From contig ADNK01003215.1 of the NCBI GenBank assembly GCA_000320545.1, positions 1 to 44,760 of the forward strand: a stretch of 44,760 nt of DNA, read 5' to 3'. The notes below the pieces were generated by a model. That model was given only the letters and a program-made list of their open reading frames with translations, had not been told where the DNA came from and did no database searches. Below are positions 1 to 13,479 of the stretch, piece by piece. Within the stretch, counting starts at the first letter, position 1; the number at the start of each line of letters is the position of its first letter. The position numbers and the translations under genes were made by a program. The stretch comes from Bigelowiella natans CCMP2755 (taxonomy: Eukaryota; Protista; Cercozoa).

Positions 1-2586
1 CGCCTGCACCGAACGTTGTGCACGTTCTTGATGTGCCCCTCTTCCGATAGATCTCTTCCAATCGCCTTCACTTCGTCCAGAACCCTCTCGTTGACCTTTA
101 TCCAATTGTTTCGGATGTAAGAGCGGGGGAGGGGAGGAGAAGAGGAAATAGATCAGTCTTCGACAATCTTATTTCTTTGTTACTTGTACATGTTTTGGTG
201 GATATTACATATATATATATATATATACATGTATTTGCATGTATTCATTGCAGCACCTGTGCATCCACAAGATGATGAACCGCTTCCCAGCCAATTTCCA
301 CTCCTGTCTTCATGATCATGCCACTCACCTGATTTTGCCATCATCATCATCATCAGCATCATCATCATCATCGGCATCGTGGTTTTTGAATAAGTATTGT
401 ATGACTCAAAACAGAACATATGTGGATTTTGCGCTTTGTAGCGTTGTGCGCGTGTGCACTAAATCATTCGTGTCCTACATCTTCCGCAACAACCACAACT
501 CTGAGTGCCGAGTATTTTTCAGCATGATGGTGATGATGGTGATGATGATGACGACGATGAGTAATCTATATGTTTCACCATAATGGCGCCGATGGGATCT
601 AAATATGGAAAACCTGATGTTGCGTGTATGCAATGACAACACAACCAAACACACAAAACACACACGTTATCGTCTCATAACCCTCTTCCACCATCAATTG
701 AGCCTTAAAAAGATTTCCCGCACTCATTGCGCAAAGCATCACTTGTCGGCATTTACCCACTGTCTCAAGCCAACAAGTAGTTTGAGAGGGGGAAATTGTA
801 AGAAATCAATCATTTGATTTATTTTTCTAGTTTCTTCCATTATTTTCGATTTAGCAAGGATCAAGAGCTCCTCTCTCGGTCTCAAGGCAGCGCTGCTTCC
901 CTTTTCGTGCTGTCGTATTACTACTACTACCCATTGCAGATCCGCCAACGCCTAAGAGCGCAACGATGGAGGAGAAAGCGTCCGTCCGGTGGTGCCATGC
1001 GTTCGCAATCAAGACCTTTTAATAAATAACACAAACCGTCTTCTCCCTTTTTTATCGACTGAAATGCCCTCTTGTTTGGTAAGAAAGTAAGTATGAGTGT
1101 GTGTGCGTGTGTGTGTGTATGTGTGTTTCTGGCCTCATGAGAATCCGTCATCACAAGTCAGCCGTGACCAATGCGATTGCAAAGGACAGTAGCCATTAGC
1201 ACCCTCGCACAACAACACCTACTACTACTACCAGCTACTGCTAATACTACCTGTGATCGAGCTTCTTTCCCCACCTTCACGGTGACTTGGTACAACCACT
1301 CCTTTATCGCCACAGAGACTAGAGCACACGCCATTGCTATCACAAGTGCCACGAAGAAGAAGGAGATCGATGAGGAAGAGGAGGAGGATAGAGCGGGAAT
1401 CTAGCCCTCAATGATTGTTATTCTCACGTCTTCTTTTCTGCCACCACCATCATTATCATCATCTCTTATTCACCATCATCGTCAATAGACATCGACATCA
1501 TCACCATCGTCTCCTTATTCTGAGCACTAGCGTCCATTAATTGACACTTACCGGCTGGCACCATACACACCGGCTCAACGTGCTTTCCGGCCATTAGAGG
1601 GATAAGATGGTCTACGCCATGGAAGGCGCTGCCAAACCCCGCCCCACCAGCATCCCAGCAACCTAGGCATTCATATGTAGACAAAAGCACAGAACCAGAT
1701 GGGGAGAAGGAAAGTAGCGTGGATTTGCAGAAGTTGTCGGATCGAGCTCGGCTTCCCAGCGTTCTAAAAGCCCATTTCAATAAACCCGCAAACGCACAGA
1801 TCTATACATCTTCAAGGCATGCTTAATACCGCAAGTGTTCCAAGCGTCTCGTAATGGCCATATCCATACGGTTGCTTGCTATCGGCCGGTTTGCGTCCTA
1901 TCTTCACAGCTATAAGGGCCACCACATCGCTCACCATATCAGAGACGCTATGCGCGGCATCAGCGACGAGAGAAGCCGATCCTAGGGAATATGCAGCCAT
2001 CCATAAGCAATAAACTATGACTGGGGTGGGTGATGAGTGTGTGCATGGCGGGAATGACTGATTGTTGCAATCTACCAGAGTAGAATCCGATTCCTCCTTT
2101 TGCTACGCACAAGCCTGCATTGGCGCCCATTCCAATCTGGATGGTTAATACGGTGACAATGTAAGACAACGGTATATCTCCGAAGGGGAGGGAGGGGAGA
2201 AAGAAGAATGCCGTAGTACCGGTTGCTATTATTAATATTATTATCATTACCCATGTTATTCGCTGAGCCTTCTTTCCAGCTTCCTCCTACACAGAGAACA
2301 GAGAGTGGATTTTGATGGCAATCATTCATGTTTTCAAATTTGAATTCACAGTGACATTTGATATTCGTAGCTATGCTAATAAGAAGGAAGGATGATGAAG
2401 ACAAAACTGCACCGGGAGGTTATCGAGGTCAGTGGGGCTATGGCTATGGCCGTGCCCCCCTCCCCCTCCGCCATGGGAGTGACCCATGTGCAGCACTTTC
2501 CTCCTGTCGCTTGAAATTCCCCGAATGCACCTGCCCAGGCGAATTGCCCGAGCACGAGCGCATCTCTGTCGGGCAACAGCCCACAT
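1..2586 (-). CDS. Cation diffusion facilitator (CDF) metal transporter, mitochondrial Fe/Zn type (MTP6/Mmt1-2-like); multi-exon, 3' end beyond left edge
   Basis: Spliced translation: MWAVARQRCARARAIRLGRCIRGISSDRR (Arg-rich presequence-like), HMGHSHGGGGGGHGHSHS, RITWIGMGANAGLCVAKGGIGFYSGSASLVADAAHSVSD (TM2 HxxxD), PADSKQPYGYGHYETLG, KEWLYQVT, VLIANAWHHRTD (TM5 HxxxD), GFPYLDPIGAIM, HHLVDAQ, VHNVRCRR; GT-AG junctions. One apparent 1-nt frameshift at 1642-1645. Start at 2586 is inferred. Confidence 0.93.
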
Positions 2587-2694
2587 CTCAAATCCTAGGA
2601 ACTTGAAGAGGCAATAGGGGTAGGGGATGGGGAATCCGAGACGAGTTGAAGTTCGGAATTCAGAAAATCCTGGAAATAGGAAATCCATGCTATT

Positions 2695-3515
2695 TTCACG
2701 CAAAGAATGGCAAAATTGATTGTCGCAGGGAATTTTTGAAGGAGAGGAAAAGAAGGAATGGAGTTCACATGGGGTTCTTTTTCTTGCGACATGATGTTTT
2801 TGCGAAAAGACGGCAAAATGGCATGGAGTTTTCCAAAGAAATGCCGAGCAGTGCTCGAAGGCCTCTTGACGAGCCAGCATGGCCACCTAGCCTCGTGGCA
2901 GCGTGCCAGCCTAGCAGCGTGTCTGTTTCAATCTAGCGATGGCAAACCTAGTGATTGAAATGTCCAGTTAGCTAGCTGGTGACTTCTGGATTGATGTGAA
3001 ATGCAGCCTGCCTAGCTGCTGACCCGCTGGCCCGGCTCGCGGCTGGCCAGCTAGCCGGCTAGAAGGCGGCTCCAAAATCGTTCTCCACTGCTGCTGCTAT
3101 GCTGCAACTGCATTGCGCCGGTGCATTCTCATTGCTCGCTAGCTTGCTCTGCACGTCTAGGCTGATTTTGAATGAACCAGTGAAAGCAATGAAATGATCA
3201 ATCCTCGCACGTGCTAGCGTGGACATCTCTGGCTAGATGGATCTGGATGTGGCTAGCTCTGTAGCTAGCAAATCTAGAAATGACAGCTCGAGTGAAACGC
3301 ACGAGACCAATGGCACTGTCTAGCTGTCTGCAATGCTGGAATGTGCTTCCTGCTCAGCTGTGCCAGAGGTGTCCACGTGCACCATGTCTAGATGTGATTG
3401 TGGGTTGTGGAACTCATTGGAATGCGCTAGCGCGTCTTGATGTGCATGATCTCTAGATCTAGATGATTGCATGCCAGCATGTCTAGATGTGCATGTGAAC
3501 TAAATGAAAATTCTT
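2695..3515. other. TpA-depleted, CTAG-rich intergenic tract A
   Basis: Manual count: 25 TA dinucleotides, 21 in CTAG, 4 in CTA/TAG half-contexts, none in other contexts. Confidence 0.9.
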
Positions 3516-3610
3516 CGTTATCAGAATTGCTTGTTAGATGGCTAGATGTTTTAACTGAAAACTGCACCAATTCATGGAATGGTGCTCGTCACAACTGCCA
3601 TCTTTCATTC

Positions 3611-4365
3611 TCACGAAGGGCTGTTGTCGGGCGGAGAAATGACAATGAGGGGCATGTCCTCTGGGTTCATTCCGCTCACAGAATGCCGGTTCAGAAGACC
3701 TATGAACAGAAGAAATAGAGGAGGAAAAGATGAACGAAAAACAACATCTTTGGCATTGTTTTCATCGGTGGTGTGTACCTTCGGATTGTTTGATGTCGAC
3801 ATAACGCTCCTCTGGCGGGTATCTGGACGTCCAAGTTGTGCCGTCTGTGTAGACTACAGTTGCACGTCCATTATCCCAGCCGACAACAACACCCTCGTAC
3901 CTACAATAGCCATCGGTGCGCGCTCTCATGGACACATAACGACATTCATATGTAAGCATTTTCCCTTGGGGATAAAATTCGCACAACCACGCACACATAC
4001 ACACACACACGCACGCACACACACGCACGCACACACATACACATGCACGCACGTTCGCAGGATACACTCTACCCCATCGCACTTCTAATATCAACAACAG
4101 CACACCACCACCACCATTAACGAAAACGATGCCGATTATAGTTTGTGTTATTATCAGTATTAATAATACCATGCCCACCCCCCTTCAGCCTGACTATCTC
4201 CAAAACACCCAACGACGCGTGAATCCACCCCCATCTTGTGCTCCTTCTCAGGCGAAACGATCACGTATCTAAGTAGCCCAGCAGAGACAGCATATGCTAT
4301 ACATCACTCGAAGCAATAATAAGGCTTAGTGAGGTGTAAACAGCTTACATCCAAAATCTGTGCGA

Positions 4366-4433
<68 letters not shown>

Positions 4434-4907
4434 ATGTAGGGACATTTTCATCCAGTACCATCAACACAGCTTCCATTACGAAAAAAAGCACATTTTTTTG
4501 ATTGACAACTTGCAATAAACAGTAGGCATTATTAGTAAGAGCTCGTGACTTACTCAGTCGCATCGACGTCGTACACGAATCTAGACGTACAGCACACAAT
4601 ATTCAGAATTGCTTGATAATAAACGGAAACACTGCTAAAGGGCTGTGCGAATGTAAAGAATATAGAAACATGGCTCATTGTTGTAGTTATACTCTCTTCT
4701 CTTCGTTGATCCAAGAGGGGCATTGACGACGATGTGCCATTTCTCATCCTCCTGAGTAATTTATATATCGAGCGATCAATGGCACCAAAAGTAGCAGCAG
4801 CAGGTTGTAGTAGTAGTGGTATTAGTAGATAGTAGTAGCTGTTCGCGGTTAACATATCATAATTTTAGAAGTATTGGTGTGTTTGTATGTGTAAGTGTGT
4901 GGTGTGC

Positions 4908-4938
<31 letters not shown>

Positions 4939-5356
4939 ATGAGTAAGGTAACTACTAATGCTACAAATGAACGATAATAAGGTCATATTGATAAATCCAA
5001 AACATCCATATTTTCGCATTTAGGAGCTGCAATTTGGTTAACAAGTATTATGGTTCTAAAGTGATAGCGCATAATCATATTTCAAAAATAAGAAAAAAAG
5101 TTGGCCTCCTCATCACTCTCTCTTCTCCCACCCCCCCACCTTGACATCAAAATCAACAAGACGCCCCTCCAAAAGGCAAGGGGCTCCTAATGAGCCGATT
5201 AAAATCGGAAAATAACAAGAACAACGGTTGAGAAGAAGCATGAGCACAAATTGGGGCGAATCATATTAACTACTTAACCACCAAAATATGACGATGACGA
5301 TGATGATTGATGGTGATTGTGTTGTTGATTGTGTTGTTGATCCTGCTGCTAATGCT

Positions 5357-5387
<31 letters not shown>

Positions 5388-6262
5388 AAAAAGATAAAGA
5401 TAATGATAATGATGGTGTTGGTTACCATTTGCCCCCGTGGATCTTACTAATACCTGCCAACATAAGAACATGTTAAATAAACAACAATGCCATAAAGGAG
5501 TATGGTTCTTGTGTATAGAAAGTGCGCGTCGTGTGTACATTCTACGGTCTCCACATATCACAGTAGCAGCAGCAGCAGCAGCACTATCACTGATCAGCAT
5601 CAACATCTCATACAAAAAAAACAACCCTTTTTCCAAGACGCAGTTCCTCCGGCGCCCCCTTTTTCGCCTAATGATCGATAAATTTTGAAATTTTACTCGA
5701 TTTATTTATTTTAATTCATTTATTTATTTGCTAATTGTTTCATGGGATCCGATGGCTTTACATGGTTGATTCTTGCCTCTCAACCCCCCAACCCCCCCCC
5801 TAGTATTTTATACTCCATTTGCTTTCATCCCATCTCTCTCATCAACCTCAACGACGCGCATACGTATACACACGTACACACGCGTACACGCACACGATCC
5901 AAATGAAAAATAAAAATCATGCAACGACGCCGTAGCATTAATCGGGGGGGGGGGGGGGTGGATATCAGGACAAAAATGCTGGATATTTTCCTTTTGTCAG
6001 CAAACTACTCAAAGAGGGGCGGAATAGCCTAACAACACCTCTGTGCGCAACCAATAAGATGACTACCTCTCTAATAATCAGGAGTGGCATGAGGGCGGGA
6101 TGTAGCGATTGAACCTATTATGGGGGGGTGAGGGGGTTGAGGAGGATAAGGATGAGGAGGATAATGAGGAAAGCTTTGCTTTTATTAATAATAACAATAT
6201 TAATGATCATAAAACTTGGTATTAAATTTGTTTCCACTATAGGTTTTACTAAGAAATCGTTG

Positions 6263-6299
<37 letters not shown>

Positions 6300-6367
6300 C
6301 ACACACCCACAATCTCCCCATTTAGCTGCTCCGAAAACAAATACTGCTGCCAAGGCACCCACCCACA

Positions 6368-6407
<40 letters not shown>

Positions 6408-7397
6408 CACATACCGTATTCCTCGTAAGAAGCTTCTCGCTCTCCTCGATATTGAGCATTTCTCGACGAGAGGGGTACCTGGCCAAAGCAAAGGCATCCA
6501 TCACTACGGCGGTGGGTGGTGGTGACGATGGTGATGATAACGACGCGGGTGATGAATGACAATGGCGATGATAATGGTGACGAAGAAATTGACGACGAAG
6601 CTTGATAATATCGTTCTTCCTCTTTGTCCTTACTGCGTCTTCCAAATAGTGCTGTCTGTGTACTCTACAGTCGCTGTTGTCCCATCCCACGCAGTCACGT
6701 CGCCCTCATACCTTGGTAATATTAACCGTTGATCGTGTTAGTAGTAGGAGTGAGAGGGGGGGGAAATATTCATGAAGCTCCATCAAGCTTCCAAGGGGGT
6801 GTTTATGATGATTGATGATAATGATGATGATGACGATGATGACGATTAGGATTTTCGCAATGTTGTCGATCGTCAGGCATAATCATCACCCAACACAATT
6901 CAAACTTCTTTTAAGAATACCTAACAATACACCCCATGTTGTATTCTACAACAAGCAAACATAATGTCACCACTCACTACTACCAGGCCCACTTTCCCTC
7001 CGCCTCTCCATCTCCAAAGCACCCAACCTAAGATACATGTAACAATCAAAGATGTAGGAGGAATCATAAGAAGACAACAACAACAGCAAACATTGCCGCA
7101 TCATCCATTCTCCCGGACGCATACAGAGGAATATCACCCAAAAGGGCAAACAGAACAACAACAACAACAACAGCAAACAACAACAAACAGCAGCACCGAC
7201 AACAACAAAAATAGCGCCAAATTACTAGAGAATACACGACAGGTAGGCAGTATCGTATGAATATGTAACACACCACTCGCACTCCGACTTCCATCTTCAA
7301 TTCTGGATCAGGCGGGACTACATACGAGCTAGGATTTTCAGAGTACCTGTTGTTGATATTTTATATTTATATACATATGTATAAATCATATGTTTTG

Positions 7398-7429
<32 letters not shown>

Positions 7430-8606
7430 TTAAGAGCATCATATTGTTCGTGTGAGCCGGCAAGAAGTGAGTGACAAGAAGTGAGTGAATGGTCACACCA
7501 TCACCCTCCTCATCATCTGTCGCTTCTCGCTGTTGTATACTCGCGGCGTCATCACGGAAAATCACGTACATGAAAGTGTGTGGTTTTGGATTCGCCAAAG
7601 GAGCGTAGACGGTTAACTGCCAACGTCCATCTGTGTGAGGGTCCAAAATAAAATAAAAAACGATCAGCAATGTATTACAAAGGCACGGCGGAGGGATAGA
7701 AGGGGGGGGGGGGAGAAGATCGAAGGAGGGACATCCGAGTAGTTTATTGTGTATTCACATTATGATTATATCCCAAAGTGATATACGCAAGTATATATAG
7801 GAGCGGCATCTTTAGTAGCACCAACGGCCACCAAATCCAAATCCCCCCTCTCCTCTTATTGTGCATGTTGTGGTGATGGGGATGGTGAGGAGGAGGAGGA
7901 GGAGGAGGGGGGTGACGATGATTGATGATTACTGATGATGATGATTATACCTCTGCGCTCTTTGAGCTCCTTCAATCGGCCTTCCATGAGGCAAGGTCTG
8001 CTATTCATCCCTGCCAAGATGGTGATGATGATGATGATGATGATGATGGTGATGGTGATGGTGATGGTGATGATATGATGATGATGATGATAATGATGAT
8101 GATTATGATGATGATGATGATAATAATGACGATGGTAATGATGATGATAATGATGATGATGATGATGATTATGATGATGATGATAATGATGATGATAATG
8201 ATGATGATAATGACGATGGTAATGATGATGATGATGATGATGATGATGTTGTTGATTGTAATGATGATGACGTTGACATATTGATGATAATGGAAACAAG
8301 CAATATATATATATATATATATATATATCATATATTAGCATACTTCGTGAAAAGCACTATTCAAGACAGAGAAGATACTACTATCAAGCGATGAATATAT
8401 CTCATTGCCAACAAAGCTCTTGCTAGCTAGCACTACTGGATACTCGATATACGAAGACATAACCTCATCATCACCATCATCATCATCATCATCTTTTTAT
8501 GAACCCCCCCCCCCCCCCTCTATGTATAAATGAATAGCATACCGCTTGATCTGACAAGCACCCTCATTCCAATCTTCATTTCTTTCGGAGCGTCTCTGGA
8601 TTGCAT

Positions 8607-8657
<51 letters not shown>

Positions 8658-9427
8658 AAATCGCTACGAGCATACACACACACACATACATACACACACA
8701 CACACGCATAGGCATACATGCATGCACACGCATAGACAAACGACATGCACCGTTTGGCCTCTTTGATGACGATGAGAGCGATGTTGGCAGCATCCATCTT
8801 CTCCACAGCGGAGAGAGACAGCACGTCCTCGGAATGGCTAAAAACCGGTAACACAAAATAACAAATGCAGTGAAGAAGATGATAACCCAGGAGATCTCCA
8901 TCACTCCGACTATTGCTGCATTCATACAAACAAAACTGCAAGCACACCACAAATTTTTCGTATACAACATATAATATTATATGTGTTTGTATTCGCTTTA
9001 CCGTATGTCCATAACCTGCTCTCGAGGAGGGTATTTCGTTGTCCTTTAACAACAAACAACGGTTTGAAGGTGGAACGGCAAAGCAGCATAAGCCGACGGT
9101 CACTCAATCAATGCAATGATACGATATCAATTAGCAAACTGATGCTAATTCAGCAGCATTGATAATGATAGCTTAGAAATGCACGGTTGCGGTGTTTACC
9201 AGTAGGCGATAAGTGGCGATACTAGGAGTAGAGATTGAAGAAGAAGTAGTTGTAGTAGTAGTAGCTACTGTGCACATAAAAACAACAATACTCCTCCCCG
9301 CCCTCCCCCTCTCTCTTTCTCTCACCATTCTGAACCGTCGTTGTACTTGACAGTAGCGTGAGTACCATCCCACGCCGTGACCTCCCCCTCAAACCTTACA
9401 ATACACCGTGGAGAGCATGATGAGGAG

Positions 9428-9462
<35 letters not shown>

Positions 9463-11237
9463 CGACGACGACGCATTTTACGATAAACACAAGCGCCGGC
9501 ACAGCATCGTCATTATCATCATCATCAGCGACCATCAGCAGCATCATCGTCGAGTGACAAGTTCTGAGTCTTACCAAGCCCAGCCCCCCCCCACTGCCTT
9601 GTCGTCAAACGTGCCTACAACACGCGCTCCTATGGTACGCAACAAACGAACACTGTAAACACCATTGTGCATGTGCATACGAGAGGAGGAGGAGGAGGAG
9701 AAGGCACGGCTACTTACTAGGAACTTATCTAAATCTCAATCCCATTTGAAGAGTATTTCTTCCTCGTCGCCATCATCATCATCATCATCATCATCAGCAT
9801 CATCCTCCGTTGTGTGGTACTGCAGAGCTAATTACGGTCTTTGAATGCATACAGCGACAAGCAATAATGGTAGTAATAGTAATATGGCGGTGATGATAAT
9901 GACAGTAGTAGTAATGATAATTGATGATAATACCGACGGATATTTTAAGATCGTCGTGTTTCTGGTGGGGTGGGATTAGATAGGCTGACGAGTCTTTTTC
10001 GTAGACAAAAGTGTGTCTAAGAGTTTGGAGGAGGGGGGGGGGGCGAGGGAGGAGGAGGAGGAGGAGGAGAAGTAAGTTGGGGGGGAGGGGGGGAGGGTGA
10101 GGAGAAAGGCAAGATCAGGGTTGGTGGTGATAACACGATAATGGTATATTTATACAACAAAAATAAACATCAGCAAGAATAACAATAACACTACTTAGCA
10201 GAGGCAAAACAGTGAAGAGGCTTTTAGCAAACTAGCAATCACTGGGAGGATTGACAAATGCATATAGCGAATCTACTGCTGCTACTACCACCACTACTAC
10301 TGCTGCTACTACTACTACTACTACTATAAAAGCTAACCCACATTATTGGTGCTTCTACTAATACTGCTCTAGCAAGTCTGCTCCTCCTCCTCCTCCTCCT
10401 TTTACCACCGCTACAACTACTATAAATATAGCAAATAGCTATATATGATAGCGTGCTACCGTTTCGGGTCCAACAGGGGTGCATCGACTGCGAACTCCCA
10501 CTTGCCATCCTGAGAGGGGGGCCGGGGTGGGGGGGGGGGGGAGGAGGATGTCCAATCATATTGTGATGGGTGAATGACGACGATGATGAACGACGATGAT
10601 GAGGATGGTTATGATGAAGATGATGATGAGGAGGAGGAGGAGAAGGAGGGGTGCGCAAAACAAGGAGGTGTTCCCCCAATGCCTCTTCGATGCTTATCGG
10701 TATAGGAATGTAGTAGATATGTGTGTATTTGCTCAGGAGCAAAGATGCACAAGCGATAGTTAGTCACGTATTATTGGCTGTTTGTGTCTGAGCGTGCGTG
10801 TGAGGTGTTATTGTTATTGTTGTTGTTGTTGTTGTCGTTGCCGCAGGATATGTATATTTGCCTTAAGCTCCTTCCAGTCTACTAACCGCCCCTCCAGGAA
10901 GCACCCGGTATCGTTCGTCCCTACAGCGCGCGTGTGTGTTTGTGTGTTTGTGTGTGTGTTAGTATGTTTGCGTGTGTGTGTGCGTGTGTACTATGTATAC
11001 ATGATAAAGATAAAGTTCCAATGAGATCATCAATCCATTTGGCTCGCTGAGAGCATTTTGCAATAGAAATGGGAACGTAATCACCATTACTACTACTACT
11101 ACTACTACCACCACCACCACCACCACTACCACTACTGCTATTTTAGTGCTATTTTACCCTTCGATCGAACAAGGACGCGGGTTCCTAATCACGACAGCAC
11201 ACCCAAGCGATAACGTGATGACAAGAATACCAATAAC

Positions 11238-11275
<38 letters not shown>

Positions 11276-11827
11276 CGCAGCGGTGTCTTCGCATATATCA
11301 TAACGACACCGCGTTCGCTACACTCCAGTTGTTCATCTTCCAGACACGGCAGCAGCTTGATAGGGGAGCCATAACAATCATGATGATAAAAATAATAGTG
11401 ATAATGATACTAATATATGAATAGTATTAATAGTACTATACCAAGGCGTAGTGGATCAGGGGCTCGTTTTTTCCCCTCTCTAATCACTATCAGGGGAACT
11501 TTCTCGACGTTCTTGCCTGTTATCAGCACACACGCATATGTGATTTCCCTTCAGATTGTAACATCTACTGTCAATTATGATCTCGCTGTGGCGGGGTAGG
11601 TTTGCGGCTGTTTGCTGTTGTAATCGTTGTCATGTGTAGGAAGTGGGTGATACAAATAGCACCAAGAGCTGCCAACGACTGGAGCGATAAGAGCTGCTCG
11701 GAACGGTCAATATCGAGCATATGCGAGCTTGCAGGGTAGCGTGCAACCCAGGTGCCTTGGTGGATACAAGATTGATATAGTGCTCAGCATGTTGTATGCG
11801 CTCATTTTGTGGGGGAAACATCAAGAT

Positions 11828-11879
<52 letters not shown>

Positions 11880-12812
11880 TCTCTCTCTGTGTGTGTGTGT
11901 GTGTGTGTGTGTTTATGTGTGGGGAGAGTGATGTTCGAAAGATGGCAGGGCATGGTTTCACATTTGAAAGCTTAACTGTTCCCTACCTACTGCGACAACA
12001 AGCCCAGGTTCAGTGTCATTATTCAATCTTTTCTACTATCTTTTTTCTGCTCCCCCACATTCCCCCCCCCACTAATTATATCCGGCAATACTACGACTAC
12101 TACTACTACTACAACTATTAGTAGCTGTATTAGTTACTGCACACTCACATCCATCGGTGTACTGCACAGTTGCCTTTTGTCCATCCCACGCCTTGACGTC
12201 GCCTTCATACCTAGTGTAGCGACGAATCAATCATCGTGTGGTTATTGCGCCGCATTTTTTTTCGTTGGCTCAAGGAGTATGAGCTCGCTCGTATGTATCT
12301 ACCAGGCCCAGCCCCCTTCCGCTGAAAGATCTGGAAAAGGACCGATGACGCGGGCCCCAACGCCTACGAGGAGGGGGGGGGGGGGAAGGTTAAATAACAA
12401 TTGTAGAGGTGGCAGATGATGATGATTGATGGTAATGATCGATGATGATGATTATGGGTGATAATGATGAATGATGGCGATGGCGATCATGATGATTGAT
12501 GGTAATGATGACTAATTTAACGATAACATCCATCGTTATCAACCCATCTGCAGCCTTTCTTCAGGGGGTATCATAAACTCTGAAGAGTTGTCGGAGTAGA
12601 TAAAAGTTCGCCGTTTCGGGGCGAGCAGCGGCGCGTCAACCTAGCATGCGCGAGGCAGGTGGTTGGTTGTAGCAGGGCCATGAAAAACCCAAGAACAGCA
12701 GAAAGGCAAACGATGAGGAGGGCAGTACACAACGCTGTGTAACATATGCAATGCTGACTCGCATGGCTGCTACAATAACGTGAGGGGCACTATGCATGCA
12801 TATAAACACAAA

Positions 12813-12881
<69 letters not shown>

Positions 12882-13439
12882 CTGAATGTCCCACCGTCCG
12901 TCTGAGCGACGTGAGAAACTTCTCAGCCGCCCCTCCAAATGGCAAACTCGCCCTGAGGACTGCGTGCGGACAAGCACTCGAATACCTGCAGTGTTTATAG
13001 TGGTAGGAAGAGAGTAATCAGGATTAAAGACCAACACACCATTTGTGTATGCGTGCGTGCATGCATGCTGACGATATGTTGTTGGAGCAATCTCCTCTTC
13101 ATACTAACGAAGTAAGTCATTAGTAGCAGTAGTAGTAGTTGCAGTAGTAGTAGTAGTAGTAGTAGTAGTACCATGCTTAAGCTTCTTGGGCGGCATGCTT
13201 TTGGCCAAATTGCCTGGTATAAATAAATAAATGATGATTCACCGGGTGATGGTGATGGTGGTGGTGGTGATAGTGATGATAGTAGAAAGTTTCTCAGAGA
13301 CGCATCGATTCATGAAATGCCGTATCCACTTAATGTACAACAAACAATAACAACAAGTATTGAAGGATCTTCTCGACTTCACTACTTCTCTCACAAAGTC
13401 TTTTCGTATGAAGCAAACACGCATATATAAACTTAAATA

Positions 13440-13479
<40 letters not shown>

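Noticed and set aside
2587-2886. N-terminal extension of the CDF ORF (MAMLARQEAF...)
   Set aside because: No family resemblance. It overlaps the TA-depleted tract, where loss of TAA/TAG stops lengthens ORFs by chance, and Met at 2586 begins a plausible mitochondrial presequence.
2695-3515. Ordinary CpG methylation decay as the explanation for TG/CA richness in the tracts
   Set aside because: CG dinucleotides remain common in the tracts (GCGCG, CCGG, CACGTG), and CpG decay would not remove TA or spare CTAG specifically.
7856-8341. Poly-H/M/I, YIYI, THTH, ERER and CVCV ORFs here and throughout the ORF track
   Set aside because: They are translations of intronic microsatellites lying between exons of identifiable genes.
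4345-8970. Membrane-protein-like fragments (for example ISWVIIFFTAFVILCY and YLLIPLLLQP)
   Set aside because: They are intronic or wrong-frame; the true exons here encode the repeated barrel module.
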